DNA from: Octopus sinensis
Taxonomy: Eukaryota
Length of the DNA: 64,000 bases
Reading direction: 5' to 3'
Assembly (NCBI RefSeq): GCF_006345805.1
Contig: NC_043000.1
Span: forward strand, 133,610,001-133,674,000
The position numbers were made by a program, and so were the translations under genes. The notes beneath the pieces are model-generated. The model did not search any database and was not told the origin of the DNA. It was given only the letters and a program-made list of their open reading frames with translations. Positions 37,840-46,562 of this stretch are shown one piece after another; positions within the stretch are counted from its first letter, which is position 1; each line of letters opens with the position of its first letter.

Positions 37840-38071
37840 AGCCTATCCAGGCTCATGGGCCCGGTTTCCCGGTTTCTATGGCGTATGTGTTCCTCAGCTG
37901 GACGGGACGCTAGTCTATCGCAGCGTTACTCATTTTTGCCAGCTGAGGGACTGGAGCAACGTGAAATGAAGTGTTTTCACCAAGAACACAACGCGTCGCC
38001 CGGTCCAGGAATCGAAACCACAATCTTACGATCATGATGCTGGCACCCTCACCACTAAGCCACGCGCCTCC
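37840..38071 (-). mobile_element. tRNA-headed SINE with CORE-like and Meta-like segments
   Basis: Head ggaggcgcgtggcttagtgg; ctgcgatagactagcgtcccgtccag resembles the MetaSINE domain. Confidence 0.75.
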
Positions 38072-38538
38072 ACTTTATGGGTTAATATACTAAATTTTAA
38101 AATTTTCAATAAACTTTGAATTTTCGAAAATTAGCAATCAAATTGAAAAGATGCATTAAAGCATTAAAATATTAACGAAGGATTTTGTTTCTATCAATAC
38201 TGCAGCCTTTTTTCCACAAGACGATAGTTTCTTAAGGGAAGTAGATTTAAAAGTCGAAGGATCGTTGTCGTTGTTGATAACGGGCTATTTTTACTTTGTT
38301 TCTGTTGTTGCTAACTAATGCTAGAGATATTATTGTATTGCGTTATATATATATTGAATTGCGTTCCAGTCATGACCATCCAGTCTTTATATGAGTGTCT
38401 ACGTTTACCTTCTTTAAGATGGCAGGGTGTGAGAGAGATTTGGTCGGCTTTGTTGCTGCTACCAGTGGTGATGTCCTTGTAATAGCTTTGTCAGTTTCTT
38501 CTACGTCATCTGCACAACAATACATCATTAATGATATC

Positions 38539-38860
38539 ACTGTATATTAACAGTTATCGCCAAGCTAATATGGCAGTCCATAAATATAGGACGTAAGCTG
38601 TCGTTGATTAGCTCCAAGAGGCCATCGCCTATAGCTAGCTATATGACACACGAACGTGTGTCCATTATAACCTTCGAACAGGGGAAGTTAGCCTCTTCTC
38701 CTTGCTGGTCAAGCATCTGCAGACATGTTTCAGGGTATTTACCCTTTAGCAATGCAGAGTAGCCGAACCCAGCAGGCGTCGCTGCTGACCGTCTGTTCGA
38801 AGGAATATTTACCTAATTTCAGTGGAATACATCCACTGGTCTTCAAAAATGGAAATATTA
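38539..38860 (-). mobile_element. ~320-bp hammerhead-bearing unit (left arm of a head-to-head pair)
   Basis: 38539-38711 is the inverted counterpart of 41234-41406. Contains the HHR at 38716-38758, enclosed by ccttcgaacag/ctgttcgaagg (38671-38803). Confidence 0.8.
38716..38758 (-). ncRNA. Type I hammerhead ribozyme, U3-A8 core variant with A6C
   Basis: Minus strand: TCTGCA-TTGCTAA-AGGG TAAATA CCCT-GAAA-CATGT-C-TGCAGA. Stems of 6 and 4 bp, palindromic stem III ACATGT, GUC triplet. Confidence 0.8.
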
Positions 38861-39216
38861 TTATTTATTACACACATGTGAGTGAGAACACTTTGAGATA
38901 TTTTTGGTATCTAACATACGTCAGATACTGCGAGCGCTGCTTCTGATTGGTCAATCCATGGTGATGACCCGAGGTTACGGTGACGGCACTACTTTTGTCA
39001 TTCATAAGTTACAACTAAACTTTCACGAGCAGGTAGAATGTAGCCATGTAATTAAACAAACATACTATCTTTTTTATACCAGATATCACTTAAAGTCATA
39101 TACACATAAAATATAAAAATTTCTGGTCGTAATTCAATTTTTTGTTGCCAAAAAAATCACAACATATATCGTCTGCGCGTCGATACTCTTGCAGTGCAGG
39201 TAGATCTATCAACAAG

Positions 39217-40800
39217 ATGGCTACTGTTGTCGATATCAAGGTGAATGATTTTGTTAAGATTGATGGTAAAGATGGGGGAAGAGTGTTATCCGTTGTTCAA
39301 ACTCTTGGAACATACAGAATGTTCAATGTAAAGATCAATACTGGCCAAGTTCGACATGTTGCTGGATACAGGTTAACAAAGGTACCTGAAACAGTGTCAT
39401 CGACGAGTGGATTGTCATCGAACCCTACATTTAACATCCCTGATGAGGTGTACAATGATCTTCTTCGTGACGATTTCTTTGATGATAGCCATAATGATCT
39501 TGAATTTCAACCGAGGTATGATCATTCTGGAATAGATAAATTCGTTCAAGGTAATCAAAATAAAAACACTCTTCGGGAAACAAACTATGATGTTAAACGA
39601 TTGTTTGCTTTCATGGCGACAAATGGCGACACGTGTCCAATTGAATCTATCGACAAAAGCGAACTTCGTGACATTCTGTGTACTTTCTTTATCTCGTTGC
39701 GAAAGCCGGACAGTAGCAACTATGAACCTTCATCTTTGAGGGGAATGTTATCCAGTATTGAAAGATATCTGAAGTCAAAACACTACTCGACGTCACTATT
39801 CTCGGACGGGACATTCGTGAAACTACATGACGTACTAAAAACAAAGCAAAAGCTGTTGAAAAGTGAAGGAATGGGAAACCTACCTCGACGCGCGGAATCT
39901 CTCTCCGACGATGATATCAACAAGCTATGGGAATGTGACCAGCTCGGTCCGAACACACCTGAATCCATCCTCAACACGCTATGGTGGAACAACACCGTTC
40001 ACTTTGGTATCCGGAGTGTCAAACCTCACAACGACATGCGATGGGGCGACGTTTCTTTGCATGTTGACAATGAAGGCAAGGAATTCCTTCAGTTTAGGGA
40101 GCGACAGTCCCAAACTTGTCAAGGTGATAATCTCGACCATGCACGTAACATCTACCCAAAAGCATGGGCGACGAATGATGGGCGTTGTCCAGTTAACCTG
40201 TACAAGCGTTTTGCTGATCTGAGACCATCAGATTATTCATCGCCGAATTCACCATTTTATTTGGCCACCAACTGCAAAGATGCCTCCCATTCTCATCCCT
40301 GGTTTAAACGTCAACCGTTCGGTGTCAACAAACTAGGTACAATTATGAAAAGGATGGCTAAATCAGCTGGTTTGGACAATCGAAGATTCACGAACCATTC
40401 AGCACGCAAATACCTTATGCAGAAGCTCGCTGACCAGAACATTCCTCCAACTGAAATCATGCAGATATCTAGACATCGTAATGTGCAAAGCATCAATAGT
40501 TACAGCAATATTTCCATGGATCGTCATCGTGCCATCAGTAACATCCTTAGTAGCAACAACGACCAGCCTGGTTCGCTTGTACCTCCGTCTCACACAGCAG
40601 CAGCGAGTACAAGTGAACTCCCCTCCACCGTCAACGTTACGTCGAGTCAATCTCGGAACGCTGTCACTTGCTTTGGTTCATTGCACTCCATTTTCTCGGC
40701 TCCAATATATGGGGGAACAATCAATGTGAACTTCTTTGGTTCAGATGCAAAGCGACCTCGTCTGACATTGCTACTCGAAAACATGTTTGAGTATTATTAA
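39217..40800 (+). CDS. Crypton-like tyrosine recombinase (DUF3504 / KIAA1958-like), 527 aa from the ATG at 39217
   Basis: Motifs FFISLRKPD..YEPSSL, HFGIRS (R), CPVNLY, FTNHSARK (HxxR), ISRHRN (H) and SINSYS (Y). ATG context aacaagATGG; the track start at 39142 is a TTG. AATAAA at 41038. Confidence 0.92.
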   Translation: MATVVDIKVNDFVKIDGKDGGRVLSVVQTLGTYRMFNVKINTGQVRHVAGYRLTKVPETVSSTSGLSSNPTFNIPDEVYNDLLRDDFFDDSHNDLEFQPRYDHSGIDKFVQGNQNKNTLRETNYDVKRLFAFMATNGDTCPIESIDKSELRDILCTFFISLRKPDSSNYEPSSLRGMLSSIERYLKSKHYSTSLFSDGTFVKLHDVLKTKQKLLKSEGMGNLPRRAESLSDDDINKLWECDQLGPNTPESILNTLWWNNTVHFGIRSVKPHNDMRWGDVSLHVDNEGKEFLQFRERQSQTCQGDNLDHARNIYPKAWATNDGRCPVNLYKRFADLRPSDYSSPNSPFYLATNCKDASHSHPWFKRQPFGVNKLGTIMKRMAKSAGLDNRRFTNHSARKYLMQKLADQNIPPTEIMQISRHRNVQSINSYSNISMDRHRAISNILSSNNDQPGSLVPPSHTAAASTSELPSTVNVTSSQSRNAVTCFGSLHSIFSAPIYGGTINVNFFGSDAKRPRLTLLLENMFEYY

Positions 40801-41074
40801 AGTTATTGAAGATTCAATCTGTATTATGTATTTCTTGAACGTGAACTTGAATGTTAACAAAATGTTAAATAGTCATCAGTTATCAGTCATTTCACCTGAA
40901 AACTTAGCGCTATAAAGTCGGACTATCTTCCTGCGGCATGACATCTTTTACAGTTACACATTGTGACGTCACTGACGTGAAATCAAGCTGTATTCATGTG
41001 CGCTTCAACATGATGTGAAGAATTTAATTATTAGATTAATAAAATATGGTCGTTTATTCGTGTGTAATAAATAA

Positions 41075-41218
41075 AATACCAAACTCATTCCCTATGGATA
41101 CCGTATTTATTACAACTCGTGGCTTGTAAACGTATCTAACTCGCTTTCGCTCGTTAGATACGTTTACAAGCCACTCGTTGTAATAAATACGGTATCCATA
41201 GGGAACTCGTTTGGTATT
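41075..41218 (-). other. 144-nt terminal hairpin; minus strand has three tandem G.A pairs and a GCGAAAGC cap
   Basis: Arms 41075-41140 and 41153-41218 are Watson-Crick paired except at recurring CTCG motifs. Confidence 0.9.
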
Positions 41219-41233
41219 GTCTATTTCTAAATC

Positions 41234-41406
41234 TGATCAGCAAGGGGGAGCGGCTGACCTCCTCTGTTCGAAGGTTATAATGGACACAGGTGCGTGTGTC
41301 ATATAGCTAGCTAGAGGCGATGGCCTCTTGGAGCTAATCAACGGCAGCTTACGTCCTATATTTATGGACTGCCATATTAGCTTGGCAATAACTGTTAATA
41401 TCCAGT
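41234..41406 (+). mobile_element. Right (inverted) arm of the HHR unit at 38539-38860
   Basis: 173 bp with about 13 mismatches to the left arm; begins ~10 nt 3' of the predicted cleavage site. Confidence 0.85.
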
Positions 41407-41734
41407 ACCGCTGCCGTAGTCTCTGTTAGAGAGACTTAGAAATAATAAGATATCCCTGTATTTGTGCATGATAAACAACGAGAAAATAAATGATATTTAA
41501 AACATTTCCAACGAGGGATTTTACTCGGAAACTACTCGGAAATTCTTAAACTTACTTCTTTTACGTCCTTATCTCTAAAACGAATTTTAAAAACAAATCC
41601 TGAAATTCCCGAGCAACCCAAACCACTACTACTGCTACTACTAGATGATACGGTGTGGAACATGGCTGATTTTTTCTTTTACTGATATAATCCACGAGAT
41701 TCCACATAATTTTCACTTAATTTCCTTCACAGCG

Positions 41735-41960
41735 CTTTGGTCAGCGCAAGATACGAGCTGGACGAAATGCTTAGCAGTATTTCGTCTGCCGTTACGTTCT
41801 GAGTTCAAATTCCGCCGAGGTCGACTTTGCTTTCATCATTTCGAGATCGATAAATTAAGTACCAGTTACGCACTGGGGTCGTTGTAATCGATTTGATCCC
41901 TTTGTCTGTCCGTGTTTGTCCCCTCTGTGTTTGGTCCCTTATGGGCAATAAAGAAATAGG
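41735..41960 (+). mobile_element. Family B SINE
   Basis: Core and tail (gggcaataaagaaatagg). Confidence 0.85.
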
Positions 41961-42479
41961 ATAATGGTAGGAGCCACTTACTGAAAATGCCGTGTAGTAG
42001 GATCGAACTCGAAACTCATTACTGCAAAGTGAACTTCTTAAACATTCAGCCGTGCTTTTGCCGATATAACACTAGTTGTAGTGTGTATACGCTGGTACAA
42101 GTATAGCTATAACCAGTGTTCAATGTTTAGTGACCGTTAAGTATATTTTCTAATGGTATGTAAAATGTCACAAGTCACCGGGAAAAAATACGCTGTGTGC
42201 TTGTGTCCGAAAAATAATTCACAAATCTTTTAGCGAACATAATTCTGAGAGAAGGAGGGCGGTTGGAACAACATATAAATGCAGACACTCACGCACATAC
42301 TTATGCACACACATATATAAATGCATACATACATGCACACATACATACACACATATATATACATACATACATTTATATGTATATATCATATATATATACG
42401 CATACACACATGTATGTTTCTATATATATATATATGTATATATGTATGTGTGTATGTGTGTGTATGTGTGCACGCGCTC

Positions 42480-42694
42480 GTGTCTTTGTGTCTGTGTTCG
42501 TCCCCCCCCCCATCACCGCTTGACGATTAGTGTTGGTGTGTTTACGCCCCTCTAACTTAGCGTTTCGGCAAATGGGACCGATAGAATAAGCACTAGGCTT
42601 AAAAAAAGAAGTCCTGGGATCAATTTGTTCGACTAAAAAAAACCTTCAAGGCGGTCCCCCAGCATAGCAGCAATCAAATAACAAACATATAAGA
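42480..42694 (+). mobile_element. Family A SINE, 3' half
   Basis: ttagcgtttcggcaaatgggaccgatagaataagcactaggctt... Confidence 0.75.
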
Positions 42695-42750
42695 GCATAC
42701 ATACATACATACATACATATTTATGTGTGTGTGTGTGTGTATGTGTGTGT

Positions 42751-43050
42751 GGAGGCGCGATGGCCCAGTGGTTAGGGCAGTGGACTCACGGTCGTAGGAT
42801 CGCGGTTTCGATTCCCAAACCGGGCGCTGTGAGTGTTTATTGAGCGAAAACACCTAAAAGCTCCACGAGGCTCCCGCAGGGGGTGGTGGTGATCCCTGCT
42901 GTACTCTTTCACCACAACTTTCTCTCATTCTTTCTTCTGTTGGCCTGCTCGCTTAGCCCGCGGGGTGGCGTCATTTGAAGGCTAAAACAATGCGAAGCGC
43001 ATTGTGACCAGCGATGTGTAGCAACATCTGATGGCCTGGTCGGTCACGTG

Positions 43051-43051
<1 letters not shown>
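42751..43051 (+). mobile_element. Family C-headed SINE with a different 3' half
   Basis: Head as at 33999, then ggcctgctcgcttagcc...gatggcctggtcggtcacgtga. Confidence 0.8.
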
Positions 43052-43088
<37 letters not shown>

Positions 43089-43418
43089 TGAGTGAGTGAG
43101 GTGGCCTAGAAATTTGAGTGTTGATCCACGATCGCAAGATCCTTGTCCTGAACAGGACGTTGCGTTCTGTTCTTGAACAAAACACTTTATTTCACGGTGC
43201 ACCGTGATCACTTGGACATCTGACGTGTGGCACACCATGTACCTGTTCAGTCAATATCGATTTAATGGAAGGACTGAGCTACTGCACAGCTCAAACATTT
43301 GATCGACATAAGCAAATCGTCTGTGCACGTTGTTCAACAGAGCGACTGCAGGGACTTCATATGTCGTCGACAACAGGGGAGTCCTCGACACGCGCGCACA
43401 CACACATACACACACGTG

Positions 43419-43463
<45 letters not shown>

Positions 43464-43464
<1 letters not shown>

Positions 43465-43660
43465 GTTAATCCAAACAAGAAAGCACAAAAAAACACAACA
43501 ACGCGAGGACGTAGAACAAATATAGTATTATTGGACGCTCAGGAAAGAAGGAGGGTTTAACGTTTCGAGCGGAGCTCTTCGTCGGAAACATAGGAGAAGG
43601 AAAAATCCAGAGAAGGGAAGACAGAGGAAAACAAATCGCCAACGGTACACACGAGGTCAC
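43464..43660 (-). mobile_element. Penelope-type pLTR-like repeat with a minimal hammerhead (43555-43589)
   Basis: Minus strand: GTTT-CCGACGA-A-GAGC TCC GCTC-GAAACGTT-AAAC; flanked by (TA)n on both sides. Confidence 0.8.
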
Positions 43661-43794
43661 ATATATATATATATATACATACATGTGTGTGTGAGAGAGA
43701 GTTCAGAGGGACATATCCGGGTGGAAACCGTGGTAACTCTCAGTTATGTTCCAGGTTACGGAACTAGTCCCCATATTCTCTATCTTTATAATTA

Positions 43795-43832
<38 letters not shown>

Positions 43833-44256
43833 ACACCTCAGTTAGCGCTGTACGTGCTAACCGAGATATTATAAGATATTTAGTTAACTTGGTAGTAAAT
43901 TGCAAAAATAAAGCATAATTAAGGTGGTGTTTTAAGGATAAGATAACAACATTAATAGACAAAATAGCAACATTAATAGATGTAATTCAGAAGAAGAAAA
44001 ACTAGAAAATTAGGAATTACCTTACACCAAAGCATAAATTTTCAAGTTTTTGTGATTTACGCCTCTTTGGAAAACTCAAAATTTCATTCCTCACGGAAAT
44101 ATTCTGACCAGAGATTCCAAACAACTGGAAGATATTCAGAAACAGACATTCATTATTATAGAGGAGTTATAAGCTACAAAATTAATTATTGGATTATCCT
44201 CATTATATTTTTGTTTTGCAAGATTCTTGATGTGAAATCGTGTGTTGAAACAGATA

Positions 44257-44519
44257 TTGTTGTATTTAGGAATGGTCATGTTGCCAGTTTAGCCAATAAA
44301 AACACACGCACTATATATTTGGTGTTAATTTGCTTCAGCTTTATTTATATTTTACATTAATCTTAATCTTAGCTTTATTTATTTTTTACATTAATCTTAA
44401 TCTTATAAATAAGATTAATGTAAAAAAATAAATATAGCTGAAGCAAATTAACACCGAATATATAGTGCGTGTGTTTTTATTGGCTAAACTGGCAACATGA
44501 CCATTCCTAGATACAACAA
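44257..44519. mobile_element. Fold-back/MITE-like element with ~112-bp arms
   Basis: Near-perfect inverted arms with an internal ~34-bp tandem duplication; a diverged single arm is at ~55335-55400. Confidence 0.8.
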
Positions 44520-45286
44520 CACTCATTATATTAGTATAAAAGAAAGAATAATAGTTACTGTTTTATTTTTCGGCCATTGTTATGTCCGTTACGTGCTGCA
44601 CGTATGCACTTCTACAAACATTTCATTACTTCCTATAATTAAGTTCTATCATTAAATGTACTGCTTTTTACAGGTGTTTTTTTTTATATCCCTAAACCAC
44701 ACTATATTTTATATTTTTATTATTCCTTCTTTATCACCTTACCTACCCTTTCCTAATTTTTTTCTCTTAGTTTTAACCGCCATTTTGTAAACGAAAACCT
44801 CTTTAAAACAAACTTTGCTTGCAATAAATCTGACGCCTTACACTATTCTTTTATCCCCATCTTCTCAATGTTTATAGTTCAATCACACACACCATTAATA
44901 TAGAGATTTTTTCATCTATATATATATTTAACCTTTAATTTTCTAAATTTTTCTTTAATTTTCTTAAATTATTTCCTCTTCTTTCAGGTCTTACAGCCAA
45001 CACACCCCTTCAAACAATCCATTCCTATTTAATCATATTCTTCCTCCTCTGTTTTCCTTTTTCCTAATTTTTCTTTCTTTTAGTATCACTTTATTTTTCC
45101 ATTACTTGCTTTCCTTCCTTTTACACCTGACACACCTACTGCCCAACACCGTTTATAACACATTCACAAATATTAACCCTATCAATTCTCAACAACTAAC
45201 TAAACTGCGTATTTGCTTTCAAGTAGTTTGTGGCTGCCCAAGAGAACTCAGATTATATGTATATAGATGTATGTTCTGCCAAATCG

Positions 45287-45829
45287 CTATTGGCGTCTAT
45301 TAGATTTAAAACACATTGTTCTATCCGTTGTATTGCGTATATACGAGAATACGTATCCAGTCCCATGATCAGGAAGAAAAATTCGAAAAACTAGATGTGA
45401 AATGCCAGTTGTCATAAACATAAGTGACTCTTGCTTGAACATCTCACCTGTACTTACAAACATTATATGTATGCATGTTATCTCATTTTCTATACTCAAA
45501 ACGAACTTTTCGTTCAGCGTAAGCAATTCATTCAAAAGCATATGTTCCTTATTACTGATGGGTTTCCCCCAGCCATTTGTGTATATAAAAGTAAGTGGCT
45601 TTACTACGACTATTTGTTCCTGAAAGTATGCTGAAGTCAGAAAACCTGAAAACGGGTGACTAGAAATAAATTTGTCCAAGTCTGCAAATATGTTATTTTC
45701 TTCATATACTCTGTGTTGTAGGGATATTTTCAGATGTTTAATTGTGTTGTATATTTTTCGTACCATTACTCTGAATTTGTAGTGATTCATAGACTTCAAA
45801 CGTTTAATTAAGTTATGGGAAATATACAC
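45287..45829 (-). CDS. Unassigned ORF (180 codons from GTG, first ATG at codon 14), not low-complexity
   Basis: The length is unusual for DNA this AT-rich; I recognise no motif. Confidence 0.3.
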   Translation of the reverse strand: MYISHNLIKRLKSMNHYKFRVMVRKIYNTIKHLKISLQHRVYEENNIFADLDKFISSHPFSGFLTSAYFQEQIVVVKPLTFIYTNGWGKPISNKEHMLLNELLTLNEKFVLSIENEITCIHIMFVSTGEMFKQESLMFMTTGISHLVFRIFLPDHGTGYVFSYIRNTTDRTMCFKSNRRQ

Positions 45830-46136
45830 ATAAACTCCGCCCTCTCAATCCACCCACACTTCACGTCACTTATGTCAGTTAAATCAAGAATGTAAGGGTG
45901 TCTGCGTCTGTTGGCGACTACGTGAGCATCTAAAACCATGAGGCAGAATAGCTCATGCTGATATTAAATCATATATGTATTTCCATATATACACATCTAT
46001 GACCGCGTGATAGTCATAGATGTGTATACATGTGCGTGCACGCTCGTCTGTGTGTAAATACGAATATACATTTGTATATATTTATGTATGTATCTATGGA
46101 TGTTCATATATATATAAACACATACGAGCGTGTGTA

Positions 46137-46191
<55 letters not shown>

Positions 46192-46254
46192 ATAAATGGA
46201 GTAACTATTTATCTATTTTTTCCGTGTTAATTGTTAATAAGGGGGAAATACACA

Positions 46255-46255
46255 C

Positions 46256-46347
<92 letters not shown>

Positions 46348-46479
46348 GTCTATCTATCTTATCAATCTATCTTGTCTATCTATCTTATCAATCTATCTTG
46401 TCTATCTATCTTATCTATCTATCTTATCTATCTATCTTATCTATCTATCTTATCTATCTGTCTTATCTATCTATCTATC

Positions 46480-46560
<81 letters not shown>
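46255..46560. repeat. (TCTA)n grading through TATCT variants into (TC)n and (TA)n
   Basis: Direct reading. Confidence 0.95.

Positions 46561-46562
<2 letters not shown>

Larger units (their letters stand above)
38856..41218 (+). mobile_element. Crypton-type (tyrosine recombinase) DNA transposon, ~2.36 kb
   Basis: Single intronless YR ORF; 15-bp inverted repeat 38861-38875 / 41060-41074; terminal 144-nt hairpin; possible TATT terminal direct repeat (left boundary ambiguous by a few bp). Confidence 0.85.

Noticed and set aside
38539-41406. DIRS retrotransposon or ordinary TIR MITE as the explanation of the outer inverted arms
   Set aside because: No gag/RT/RNase H and no clear TSD; the arms are parts of a hammerhead-bearing unit.
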